DNA of 64,000 nucleotides. It comes from Octopus sinensis (taxonomy: Eukaryota). The notes beneath the pieces are model-generated. The model made no database searches. It was not told where the DNA came from and saw only the letters and a program-made list of their open reading frames with translations. The translations under genes were made by a program, and so were the position numbers. The DNA lies in assembly GCF_006345805.1 (NCBI RefSeq), contig NC_043001.1, positions 81,530,001 through 81,594,000 of the forward strand. The letters are read 5' to 3'. Shown piece by piece: positions 36,949-50,330 of the stretch. Within the stretch, counting starts at the first letter, position 1, and every line of letters starts with the position of its first letter.

Positions 36949-39539
36949 CCCTTTCGTTACTAACCTGGCTGAAAAAATTTTTGGTTCATAATACCAACCC
37001 GGCCGAGAGAACCTGTTGTTATTTAAATGTAAATTTGAACCCAAATCTTGTTGGTACATACGTTAAAACGTGATTTCACATTGTAAATAGTTAAGTTATA
37101 GTATCCGACATTGCTTGAAGTGAATTTTGGGAGATTTTTTTTCGGCATCGATTTTTCTTCAACTTTGAAAATGGATAGGAGTTTCATGTTATCAAGCATT
37201 GATTCCGAATTTAAAGCTTTTTCAACGGAAAATAGGGAGATATCGAGAAAAAGAATGAGATAGGCACTAAAGCACGTGGTGTACAAATTAATGAATAGGA
37301 TTTTTTTTATCCGAAAATGAAAGCAGCGCCTTCTGAAGAAACAAAGCGGCGATGGCAACAGCAAAGACGATTTTACATCGGAATGAAGTAAAAAAAACTT
37401 TTAAAATGTTTTTATTAGCAATTTTTCTGGGGAGATAGTTTACGAGGGGCATTCAATAAGTAATGCCCCTGACCCACTTCCCATAGCAGTAGAGCAACGA
37501 AACTTGGCATAGGTATTAGTCTTTTTCTACATAGGAACAACCCAGAGTTAGGCATTTCTCCCATCGTTTGATGCAGCTCTGGAGACCGTTTTCGTAGAAG
37601 ACCCCAGCTTGGTCCTCCAACCACGACGTGACTTCAGAAATCAAGGCTGCATCATCTGGGAAACGCTTTCCTTTCAAAAACAACTTCATGGCTGGGAAGA
37701 GGTGAAAATCAGAGGGTGCAAGGTCAGGAGAGTAGGGGGATGGGGGAAGAGTTCATAGCCGTATGCCTGTGCTTCTAATCTGGCGACATGAGAGTTGTGG
37801 ACCGGAGCGTTGTCCTGCAAGAGGAGGATGCCTTTGCTGATCTTGCCCCGCCTCTTGGTTTTGATAGCTTCTCTTAATTTCCTCAAAAGTGAAGCATGAT
37901 AGGCTCCTGTAATTGTGGTACCCTTTGCCAGGAAATCTGTCATCACTACTCTGTCATGGTGCTTCCACTGCATTGACTGGGCTTTGGTCTCTGGATCATA
38001 GTGATGGACCCAGGTCTCATCCTGTGTAATCGATCTTTTGAAAAATTTTGACACATCTTGGCACATCCCTAAATTCAAACCCTCGAGCACTCGACGTGTT
38101 CTTGCTTCTGGAAAAGTGTGAGCAACCTGGGAATCCATCTGGCAGACACCTTTTGCATATGCAAATGGTCATGAATGATAGTTTCCACAGACCCGGTACT
38201 AATCTTGACCTCATGGGCTATTTGGCGAATAGTTATGCGTCGATCTTTCAAAATGGCAGCCTCAACTTGACGGACAGATGCCTCATCAATGGCAGAAGGG
38301 GTGCGACCAGATTTGGGAGTTGTTTCCACAGAGTTCCGACCGTGTTTGAATTCACGATGCCAGCGTTTTACAAGGTCATATGATGGGGCATCATCACCAT
38401 AAGTTGCTTTCATTTCATCAAAAGTCTCCTGTGGTGTGCGTCATTTCAAATACAAAAACCGGATCACTGCTCGACACTCAACAGGCTCCATTTCCCACTT
38501 GACTCATTTCAAACACCTGTAAATCAGAAACCACAATCAGTTCGGAGCTGTAATTTGCCACGTAATCTATAGAAATATAAATAATTGCACATGCAAAATT
38601 TCAGCTAGATCGAACAACGGCAAGTTGGTCAGAGGCATTACTTATTGAACGCCCCTCGTATCTATAGTTTTCCTTAGGAAGCAAAACCGTTAGACTTTTA
38701 TTTTTTTCAGTACGCTAGTTTGAAGCGATCACTTCGGAAACAAATTTACGCAAATTGTAAACAAACACAAAAGTTTGGAAAATTTGTGAAGCAAATACTG
38801 GGTACTGTTGTGGATTTAGTTTTTATACAGGGAAACTAATGTTAATCAGCATGGCTTAGGGTACGATGTGGTCTGGAAGTTATTGTTTGATACGAGGGGC
38901 GTTCAATAAGTAATGCCTCTGACAATGCAGAAACAAATTTACACAGGATGTAAACAAAATGGGGGGATCAAATTTCGAAAAATTTGTGAAGCAAAATACT
39001 GAGTACTGCTGTGGATTTAGTTTTTATACAGAGAAAATAATGTTAGTCAGCATGGCCTAGGAAACGATGTCTGGAATTTATCACTTCCATACCATAACCA
39101 GGGCCGTATATTATTTTTTGACCGATTTCTTTAGTTCGGTCAAACTTGCGGTGGATTCCAGTATTTCAGTTTATTCCACCTTTATGGTACACCTGTTGTG
39201 CATTAAATTCAACTGATGATTTAGTGATGTGCACAATTCTTCTTTATCAAAATTTTGTTGCATACCCATTTGAATATTGGCTGATAATTCATTTTCTATG
39301 GTGATGTTTAAACAAAATTTTAATATTTTTACCTGTAATTAAAGTCACTTTGAGACAAAAGTTATGCAATAGAATTGATTAAGAACCCTTTCTTTAATTA
39401 TGTTCCAAATATCACTTTAATATGTTAAGTTAAAAAGTTTCAGTTATTTAATGAAATAAGCCTAAATTCATGATTATTTTAGAATTTAATTGAAACTCAT
39501 GAGGGGTGTATTTTGGTCAGAAATATAGTAATGAAAGGG
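36949..39539. mobile_element. Inner piggyBac-like element
   Basis: TTAA at 36945-36948 and 39540-39543; host sequence GCCTTAA/ATGAAATTAAGGCC resumes after the insertion. Confidence 0.8.
37443..38658 (-). mobile_element. Full-length mariner transposon, frameshifted
   Basis: 31-bp TIRs, TA duplication, DETWVHHYDPETKAQS and LLQDNAPVH motifs. Confidence 0.92.
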
Positions 39540-39869
39540 TTAAATGAAATTAAGGCCTATTTTGCCATAAATATTATGGGTATCAGAAAGTTACCCAGAA
39601 TAACAAATTCTATAGTAAAATTTTGTTGTATACCCAATTGAATATTAGCTAATAACCCATTTTCTATAGTGATGTTTAAACAAAAATTTTAATAATTTTC
39701 TATTTTGTTGAATTTACTTGTATCTACCTGCAATTAGTCACTTTGTGACAAAAATTATAGTATGGAATTGGTTGAGAACATTTCATTAAATTATCTTCCA
39801 AAAGTCACATTAATATATTAAACTTAGATATGTTTCGACCAAAGATTGTCCAGGCCATGTCTAACTTAA

Positions 39870-40380
39870 TAGCACCACCTGATAGGATTATTCGAATCCT
39901 GTTAAAGTCAAGTTTTTTGAAGTAGCGAGTTGTATCCATTATGGGTGGCTTATCTGGTATTCTTTGAAGGAATCTATCCAGACTCTGTTTAAAGTTTGAG
40001 GGATCCTTTTCCTCTTTGATCTCCCTCGGGACAATGTTAAATAGGGCAGGGCCTGTTGAGGAAAAGAATTATGTTGCAGTGTACATGTATGTTGTGATCT
40101 TGAATTGGGCAGGGGACATATAGCCCGTGGTTCCAAGTTTGGATGAACCTTGAAGCTAATGTTTAGGTCGTTTGGGCAAAGTTGGCGGTATATTTTCCAC
40201 ATCGTACAAATGATGCGACGCTGGAGGGAGTAAAGTTTCAAGGCTTTAAGGCGATCTCAATAATCGAGAGCAGCCATGCCTTCAATTTGTTTAGTGAGTG
40301 CCCTCTGGGGTGACTCAATTCTGGAGATGTCTTGTCTTGTGTGAGGAGACCACAGTGGGTAGCAGTATTCAAGGTATTGA
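39870..40380 (-). mobile_element. LINE ORF2 3' fragment
   Basis: EYCYPLWSP and KLYSLQRR motifs; related to 11880-13560. Confidence 0.75.
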
Positions 40381-42605
40381 TAAATAAAAAAGTTATATGT
40401 TAGAAATTAATTGAAACACGGGTGTATTTTGGTCAGAAATAGAGTAACGAAAGGGTTAACCTGTTTTATGTTGAAACTGTCCTGTTGCCTCAACTCTACA
40501 ATGCCATTCTGAAATTAAACAATCACTTCAACGTCTGTAAACTATAAGATAATGTGTGATAATTTATAACAATATAAACTTCACAATTGACAATCTGAAT
40601 ACTAAAAGGGTTGTGGTGTTGTACATCTGGATTAGTTCTATTACTTCATGTACGGCACTGTTCCTTGGAGTTTTTGTGGAACAATATGAGAAAAGCTGCT
40701 CTAGTCTTGACAATCAGTTTGCAGTCTTCTCATGAAACATGTCTAGTCATGTGGAGATATAACCTTAGCTGGAAATAGGTGATGGTTGTTGACAAGGGCA
40801 TTGGGCCAAAGTAAAACCTGTCTTGTCAAACCCTATCTGACTGATACTAGTGTCAGTATTTCGCATGGATCCTCACAACTAAATAATGTTTAAAAAGAAA
40901 TTATATTTTTATAATTATTTATTAGATGTATTTAAAAACTGCTAAAATATTTTTGTAGAAGTAAATCCAATTTATTGTACATAAATTTTAACAACAAACC
41001 CTTTACATGGTCCCTGGTTGAGAACCACTGATGTAGATCGTTATTTTGTATTAAATACCTGTAATGGTAGTGTTGCAAATACTGATAAAACAATCTTGTA
41101 GAATAGCAAGTGTGATTTGCTGATCTCTTATTCTCAGTTTGTCTTGCCTCTAGTTTAGCTGCTAGCCATTCTGCATATCTTAATGTCTTGTCATGCAACG
41201 CTTAATTCCGTCCTGGATTACCTCTTTTACTTTTGTATTCTTGTAGTTGTCTCCCTTTGTCAAAGTAGTATACTCTCTTTTCTCTTTTACTTGTTTCAGT
41301 CATTTGACTGCGGCCATGCTGGAGCACCGCCATCAGTCGAGCGAATCGACCCCGGGACTTTTTCTTTGTTAGCCCAGTACTTATTCTATCGGTCTCTTTT
41401 GCTGAACCGCCAAGTGACGGGGACGCAAACACACCAGCATCGGTTGTCAAGCAATGCTGGGGGACTGAATCCGGACCCATGTGGTTGGTTAGCAAGCTAC
41501 TTACCACACAGTCACTTTTTGTTTTTTCTCAACCATTGCAGTGGTCCTCAAGGATGCAAGTTCATGTAAATCTGTACACGGTTTGAGTAGAAACTAAAAG
41601 TATAGAGAAATATGAACTCACATTTTACATGTATACACTGAGTTTGTAAAACCGAAGAGAAAAATAAATCAAGTGATGTGGTGGTTTCCATGCCACACCT
41701 GACACCACTGTTATGCAGCATTGTTGTAATTTTCTTGTTTTAGACTATCTCACTGCCATTATTCTTGAAATGGTGTTGCAATAGATTGTGCACCTGGTAA
41801 TAGAAAGATAACCCATGATTGGAGCTACTGTTTTAGTGTTTTCCATTGGGCAGATGTCCTAAGCAAGCTACTTTGTACATTATTTTCCTTGTTCCTTGCT
41901 ACATCTTTGGGTGGGGTAGTTGGTAGTAATTTTATGTTTGGACAACAGTCTTGATAATGTAAATTTTATTAAATGCTTTATTTTCAAAATTAATTTGCAA
42001 AAAAGAAAAAGGAGCAGTATATTTTATACTGTTTACAATTGGTCTCATGTTCTAATCTTGATTGTTGCTTTCACTGCTTCATCCATGTACACTCCAGCCT
42101 TCTTCATCTGTCTTATGGTTGTATAAGAATTTCAAACCTGACCCTGTATTTGATCTGCAGATGTACACTGTTCTCATTCCACTCTGCAATCATGACACTT
42201 TTCCCTTCGGTTGAATTATGTGAATTAGCAGGACTTTGTGAACAATTCAGACTTAATTGTAAACTTGGATTATTTTTGAAAATTTTATCAAAAAGAAAAC
42301 CTGAAAGTGTAGCCAGTGTTATGTCTATCAGAGATAGTCACTCATTGGGATATGATGATTATTTAAGCAGTAGGAGTGGCTGTGTGGTAAGTAGCTTGTT
42401 TACCAATCACATGATTCTGGGTTCAGTCCCACTGTGTGGCACCTTGGGCCGACCAAAGCCTTGTCAGTGGATTTGGTAGACGGAAACTGAAAAGAAGCCT
42501 GTTGTATATGTGTTTTGACAGAATAAAGTTATTTGTCAGCATGGATAAGAATTGAAAAAAAAAAAAGGAATCCAAAGATAACAAAAGATTATTTGTACAA
42601 ATTCT

Positions 42606-42611
42606 TTTATT
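42606..42611 (-). terminator. Candidate distal poly(A) signal of the Caskin-like gene
   Basis: AATAAA on - followed by U/GU-rich tracts, at the end of a mostly transposon-free stretch. Confidence 0.4.
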
Positions 42612-43984
42612 CAATATCAGTTATGCTGTCAGAGACATATCCATAGGTCAAGTGGACCAAGTAAGAAAAACCAGGGGGGATGGAAAGGGGCTATGAACTT
42701 AAATTACAGAGATCGTCAGCAAGGCTTGCACATTGGCAGAGTTTGCCAGTAAAAAAAAAATTTTTTTCTGTAGTGAAGGGAGTGGGGTGGGGTCATCTGG
42801 GACCACTTTGAAGAACAGAAACAAGGAGTTGGGAGTTAGTTTGACATGATTTTTCGTAGTGGTAGAGTAGAGATTGGGAGTGGGTGAAGTTGTATAGGAA
42901 GACAAGGGTATTATTTTGAAGAAGCACATTTGAAGAGCATTTAAAGTGAATGTGAAGCAAGAAAGCTTTACATCTCAGGCAGCGATGGAACACACCAAAA
43001 AAAAAAAAAAAAAAAGGAAATGAATTTGGGTTTTGTGTGTGTGTACATATATATAAAGGGGAGCCCCCAAAAGTCACAGAGGGTTTCAAGGTTTAGTACA
43101 TTTTTTTTTATATGTAATTCACAATCTGTGGCTCTTCTTGTATATACTATATGAGGTGCTAAGTTATCGTAGATTTAAAACGGCATAGATGAATTAACAC
43201 CTTTGTGACATGGGCCACCCTATACATATATGTATATATGTGGGGTGGGTTAATGACAGTTGCTGGCACCACCCCCGTTTATCTTCATTCATTTCTTAAG
43301 GCTGTCAGTGTGGCTGGTCTATTTTATTTGTGCTTTTTTTTTTTTTTGCTTTTAATTTTTTACAGCTAATTTATAAAGCCAATAGATTAAGCTAACCATT
43401 GCATAATTATATAGATCACTTTTAATCTGCTTATAGAGAAGCAGAAATAAATAGCAAAGCTGGCGGAGGCGAAACATTATGTAAAGGATAGGAAGGTGAC
43501 AGCGACACAACCCAAGAACTGATACACTGAGATTTATGCAGATTGAGTTAGGTAATAATAGCATGGCTTGGGTGGTTGTAGAAAAGTTTTTTTTTTTTTT
43601 CTCAGAGAAAGAAGGAAGTTGCCAGAAGCAAGAAATGCATTTTACTTAATTTGCACTAATATGAACTACCCAGGTGCTTACTGCATCAGCTTCATATACC
43701 CAGGATCAATTGAAATTGTCAGGGTGTCACCAGATCTCTATCCCACGTTCTCCACAGGTTGTTCTTCAAAATAACATTTCCCCCAATACGTTGAAAAATT
43801 ATCGAAAGTAAAAATGGTATATGTGAGTTATTACATTCAGCATGAGATCACTCTACATAGGATTATTTCGTATTGGAAAAAAACTTTGCCGTATTATATT
43901 CTGTGTATGCACCAACATGCCCCAATCATGATGACTTCACATTGACTGACACAAAACTGTAAATTATAGATAGAAGGAAGGGTG

Positions 43985-44016
<32 letters not shown>

Positions 44017-47000
44017 TATAATCAATTGAAAAGACCTTCCAATACATAACTGGTATTTCTCAAAATAATGTGACATACACAAACATCTATTGAGATACAG
44101 ACAGAGCAGGCATTATATGACGAGAGAATTATTTGTATCAATTAAACAAGGTACCTTGAAGTTGAAGATACTTGTGCCCTATTTAGTTAGTCCACCATAT
44201 ATACAAGTTATGCTACATACAATGTCTAGGTATGTATAATTATATATTTATTCCAGGGGTGACTGGTTCCAAAGTAGGTATGTCCAGCCACTTAGAATAA
44301 AGATCTCAATGATAAATCTGAGAGGCAGTAAAATTTTTAATCCATAATTGTTATTCTGACAAAATACATTTTGTCATATTAACAATTATTGATTTAATTA
44401 TTTGAATTACATTTATTTACACAGGCACATATGACCGAGATAACAGGATGTTGGTCAATCAGCTGAATGGTTCAGTGCATTATATGCAAATAATGCTGCC
44501 AATAGTCTCTGTGACAAAGCTACTGAGCTGCATCAAGTTACCCAGCTCTAAATAGGTACAGTTTGTTTCTAAGACATAGAAGAACGGTAATTGCTGATAC
44601 TTTTGTTAATGCCGAGGTCAAGCGTTCCAAGAGAGTTGTGACTAGAAAAGCTAACAGGCACGTCCCAGTAATTAAATATCCTGTTCATACTTCATCCACA
44701 CTCACTCATATGCACAATATTCTTTAAAATGCCATCATAGGACTGGACCGCCTGGCCAGATCAAAACAGTAGGAATGGCCACAATAGTCACTCTTAATAA
44801 AAAATATACTTACTCTATTACAAGTATTGAGTTTTTATCACTTTGTTTGTAACAAATACTATATGATAGAAAGTCTTGCATTGAATTTTAAGAAGTTTCA
44901 ACCTCACGAAAACAATTGCTGGGATGGTTTGGTGTGGACGTTATCATACAAGGCTTTGTTGCCACCCCATATAAAGCGCTACTGTGATTTCAGTATGCTC
45001 TTAAAATTAAACCCTGCAAATTAAAATGTTGCATTACATGATGCCAGGACAGTTGGTGCAGCCCAGAGTTTACCTGCAACAACTACTATACACGACAGTA
45101 GTCAACAGTGTGTCTGTGTGCACATGTATGCACTCTTGTATGCATACGTAAGTCAAGTGGCCTTCTGTTCAAACACAGATGAATACAAGATATGTACATA
45201 AGTGAGAGGACCAAAGTTACAAGCTTTTAGAACTAGCTTAACCAGTATTTTGTATCTTCATACATACTTTTAACATACACACGCGAATATATATATATAT
45301 ATCTCACACATACATACATAGGTGTTTAAGATGTCAAAAAACAAGTCTTATGACCTCATGTTTCTCTGAAACGAAATAAGACAAAAGAATTGAAATGAAG
45401 AAGAAAAAGCTGGATGTGCACAAATTATGTCGATCACACAGGAATTATAGAATATAGCTACATTAACTTGAAGCACGATAGTCATCAGAGAGAGCAACAT
45501 TGCAATTCTTACTAACTTTTCCGCAAAAATGACCTTTTTTACTTATAATATAAAGATCTCTCTTACAAGCAATCTGCAAAACAGAACATTCACTTTGTAG
45601 AATTAATTTACAATATATATATATATATATATATACATGCACACACATACACTTTGCTATATGCATGCTTGGGAAGGGTCTGTATATATAGATTTTTATA
45701 ACATTTATTCACAATTTTTTTCAGTTTGTTTCCATTACTACAAGCTCTCTGCAGATTTAGAGCATTCACTTTTTTTCTGCAGAGCTCTTTCAGTGGCTGG
45801 AAAAAAACTGTATGTCACAATAAAATTATGAATAAATCTGAAAATTTCTTGGGAATTGTTCACATCCTAGTCTAATGATTAAGTTTATATATGTATATTT
45901 GTGTGTGTGTATGTGAGTATATATATATATTATATTTTGTGAAATTTGATTTAGTATTTCTAAATTGAATTTTTCCCTGTAAGTTTGGAATAATATTCCC
46001 TCATTTTTATATATATACATATATATATGCACACTGGAGCAAGTGGTTTTGTTGCTGAATGACCTGTCTACTTAACCACCTGGCTATAAAGTAAAAACAA
46101 AAGTATGAGGAAGGCGGGACCTGTTTCATAATCAGTCAAATCAAAACTAGAGCAAGTAGACCTTAAGTGCCTTGCTCAAGGTTACACTCACCATAATTGC
46201 TCAAGAGTAAAATTTGAATGGTTGGAAGCAATTCAAAAGTTGCTTAGTGTCTCATAATAACAGAACCAAATTTGATGAAGCAAAAGCAATATTATTTATT
46301 TTATATATATACCTATATATATATATATATGTATTGTAACTGCGAATGCCTAAATGTGTTAGAAGAGAAAGAGGATTTTCATTAAACTAAACACTGCTGA
46401 GAGTTAGCTGTTCCGGGTGACCAACTGACTGCCGATTAGAAGGGAAAGATGTCGTGGTTGACTGCATCACCTGATGTAAATTCACATTTAAAGGTGGGTG
46501 GGACGATGGGCGGAGGGGTGGGGGAGAGGGCTCCAAAGAGAGGTGATAAGCTTGTCCTGTTTTGTATTGAACTGCGGAAGGGAAAGGTATCATCAGAAAT
46601 ATTAGGAAATAGTAAGAAAGGAGTGGCATTTATATGACTTTCTCTCAGACACGTGAAGAATGTCAGCAACTGCCAATAAATTATTTCAATCCCCATTTGG
46701 AGTTTTTTGTTTCTTTTTTTTTTATAGAGAAGAAAGATTTTTATCTTTTTTTGTGTTTTTTTTTTAATATTATTTTTTGTCTTTTTGTGTGTCTTATTGG
46801 GAATGAATTTTTTTCTTTTTTTTCAAAAGTTCCCAAACAAGCTCTCTCGCTACGTCCAAAACTCACATACATCTGACAGGGGGGTTGCAAAACAACAAGA
46901 ACAACAGTTAATAAAACAAGGTCGTCAATGAGATAAAATATTGATTATTCGCTTGTATTCTTGTTTATAAATTACTAACCTACACTGGCATGGCATGGCA

Positions 47001-48395
47001 TGGCAGCGTGCACCATTTTATTCTCTTTTTTTTTTTTTTTACCAGCGTTGCATACAACAAACTATACATCTAAGAACACGCACATACATGTGTCTCTACA
47101 CATACATACATGTATTCACATTCATGCAACCACGTGTGAATGCACATATATATATATATATATACATACATACATACACACACACACCCATATATACATA
47201 TCCAAATTTACTTTCACCCACAATTTTGTATTTTAAGAGCCAAGATACATTTACAAAAGATTTACAAACGGAAAAAAATAAATGAGAAAAAAATTCTATA
47301 ATTTATACAATGGTGGGGGAACATGGGATTTTGGTTTAGGGGACTAGCTGGAGGAGAGAAACCATTATTTGGCATGAATTCTGGTTAATAATAATAGTAA
47401 TGATAATAATAGTAGTAGTAGTGGTAGTAGGTGTGTGGAGGTTCTGTGAGGTAGAAGACATCACACAAAAAAAAAAAAAAATTCCTTCGTAAACGTTTAA
47501 AAACTAAATGCTATTCGTGTGATGCTACTATCAATGATGATGATGATGATGGTGGGAGTAGTGATTATGATAACTGATAATGTTGATGATAATGATGATG
47601 ATAAATGGCAATGATGAAATCACCATGTTTGAGCAGTTGCACATTGTCACGCTTCACATGTGTTCATCGCCCGAAAAAGAATTTAAAAAAAAAAATTTTT
47701 TTTTTCCAATCTTAAATGTTGTTCCACATGACTTAATAATTTGTAAAATTTTACGACAAATTTGAAAAAAAAAAAATTTTACAAACAAACCATAAAAATA
47801 AAAAATAAATATTAGCCCAGACACAGCTTGTTTCTAAGTTCAAGAGCAGCTGTTGGAATTAACAAAAAAAAAAAAAATTTTTTTTTCATAATATAATAAT
47901 AATAATAATAATAATAATGGTTATTATTATTATTAACATTTCTAACAGGCACAAGGCCAGAAATTTGGGAAAGGAGGGGAGTTAATTAAGTCGATCAAGT
48001 TGACACCAGAATACAACTGGTACATTATTTCGTTAACCATAAACGAATAAAAGATAAAAGTCGACCATGGCGAGTTTCAAAGTCTGAATATAAAGGGACG
48101 TAACTAAATACCACAAGATATTCAATCCAAGCTTTAATGTATGTGTGTATGTATGCATATATATATATATATATGCATACACACGTTTCATGTGTGTGTA
48201 TACATACATATATATAAATGTCAATCTACCACCACTTTTTAAATATTAATAATAATAATGAAATACAGTAGCAGCAGCAACAATAGTAAAAGTAGAAGTG
48301 GTGGTGGTCTGGAATAATAACGGTTCAAGTGGAGAGGTGTGTGAGTGTCGGTATGCGTGGTACGTGGAGATGGACAATGGCGAAGGCAACGTCTC

Positions 48396-48498
48396 TTAAC
48401 TTAGTTCCAACATAGCATCGAGTTCTTCGGTGAGGTTCTGTAGCATGTTGTCTATGTCATGTAGAACATTCCCTGTCTCTGTGGTAGCAGGTTTGGCA
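48396..48498 (-). CDS. CASKIN: Caskin-like last coding exon
   Basis: AKPATTETGNVLHDIDNMLQNLTEELDAMLELS*, resembling the Caskin C-terminus ([22 protein letters not shown]). Confidence 0.9.
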
Positions 48499-48991
48499 CT
48501 GAAATAAAGAAGACAAATAGAAAGAGAATTACAAAGCTTGGTAATTTTCTATGCATAAAGACGTATATACAACATATATCATCACCAACATTTTTATATA
48601 CATACATATACTCTTTTACTTGTTTCAGTCATTTGACTGTGGCCATGCTGGAGCACCGCCGTTTAGTCGAGCAACTCGACCCCAGGGCTTATCCTTTGTA
48701 AGCCTAGTACTTATTCTATCAGTCTCGTTCGTCCCGAACGGCTAAGTAGCGGGGGATGTAAACACACCAACATCGGTTGTCAAGCGATGGTCGATTTGCT
48801 CGATCGACTAAAGGCGGTGTTCCAGCATGGCCACAGTAAAATGACTTAAACAAGTAAAAGAGTATACATAAATTCACAGACATACATACGCACAAATGTG
48901 CTTCAATTTATTCACCATGTCAAAATATGGATATATATATATATATATAGTTATCTCCCTTGAATAGTCCACAGCTAATAATAATACTTAC

Positions 48992-49121
48992 GGTTTGGGT
49001 GGCGGTTCCACGGGCTTCTTGGGTTCTACAGGCGGGGGTGTGGGTCTGAGTTTGGGTTTCGGTGCAATAATCGGCGACGCTGAAGCTTCATACTTCTTTG
49101 GCAAAGGAGGCCGCTGGGGAG
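48992..49121 (-). CDS. CASKIN: Caskin-like penultimate exon
   Basis: PQRPPLPKKYEASASPIIAPKPKLRPTPPPVEPKKPVEPPPK; phases match both neighbouring exons. Confidence 0.85.
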
Positions 49122-50117
49122 CTGCAACGAAGACGAGACAGTGAAGGAATTAGTAAAATTCCGTTATTTACATGTTATTTATTATATACCGATTTTGATG
49201 GCATTTGAGGGTGGAATGACCTAGCGAAATCGTAGTTTCGATTCCTGGATCGGGTGGTGCATTGTGTTTTTGAGCAAGACACTTCATCTCACATTGCTCC
49301 GCGATCACTTCCACACCTGTCGTGGTGGTTACACTTGTTCATCTGAAACAGGCAATACTTTTGATTTAATTACTAGCTGGCCCCATGCTGTCGAAAATGA
49401 AGGCTAATTGTAGTATTTTGTATATAAATAAGGTACATAATAATCACACATACAAACATTCACATACTTCCCTTGTACATGCACACACATACACTCAAGC
49501 AGAGTTGAAACGCTGTTGATTTTTCTTTTCAGCGTTGGATGTTCACCATCCCACTTCCATTACACATACACACACAAACAATCACTCAGGATTCCCTTTT
49601 ATATACATATACACTCACACAGAGTTGAAACACTGTTTGACTTTTTTTCGCTGTAGAACTTCAATTATCCCACTACCAAGTTTGCCATCAACCCTTCCTT
49701 TCTCATTCATATGTTGTGACGGAGAAAAACACAAGAGTATTACTATAGTAGATTACAAACAAATCATCCGTGCAAGATGTTCAGCAAGAAACTACAGGAC
49801 CCTCAGGCATATTTGATGCTGAGTTTTTGTGAGGAGGAGTAGGAAAAAAAAAAAAACGAAAGAAAAGGGGCTCAGAAAATCACCCCTGGATCCTAAAATG
49901 CTGAGTTGGACCTTCCATAAGAGATAATACATGAAACACCATTTTTCCTTAATATGCACAGCTGTAACTGAAGTGCGTACATTTTTTAAGCCATTAAATA
50001 CAGTATCAACCTATCTTAGCCACTTTTGGAAAGCACTTCAACAGAGTCCACCAAAAAAAAAAAAACTTAAGGAAAGGAGAATTTTGTATAAATATTTGAC
50101 TTGTAGAAGTACTTCTC

Positions 50118-50330
50118 ATCATCATCATCGTCGTTTAACGTCCGTTCTCCATGCTAGCATGGGTTGGACGGTTCGACCGGGGTTCTGGGAAGCCAGAAGG
50201 CTGCACCAGGCTCCAGTCTAATTTGGCAATGTTTCTACAGCTGGATGCCCTTCCTAACGCCAACCACTCCGTGAGTGTAGTGGGTGCTTTTTACGTGCCA
50301 CCTGCACATTTTACGTGCCACCTGCACTTC
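50118..50330 (-). mobile_element. SINE/LINE-tail repeat ending in (GAT)n
   Basis: GGTTGGCGTTAGGAAGGGCATCCAGC...TAAACGATGATG; copies at 8525-8960(+), 50690-51010, 53935-54210, 54850-55045(+) and 56845-57240. Confidence 0.7.

Larger units (their letters stand above)
36149..40455 (+). mobile_element. Outer piggyBac-like element with transposase remnants
   Basis: CCCTTTTGTTAC...GTAACGAAAGGG-TTAA ends; acidic N-terminus and YFFLLF...EIITAETNR motif at 36407-36768. Confidence 0.7.
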
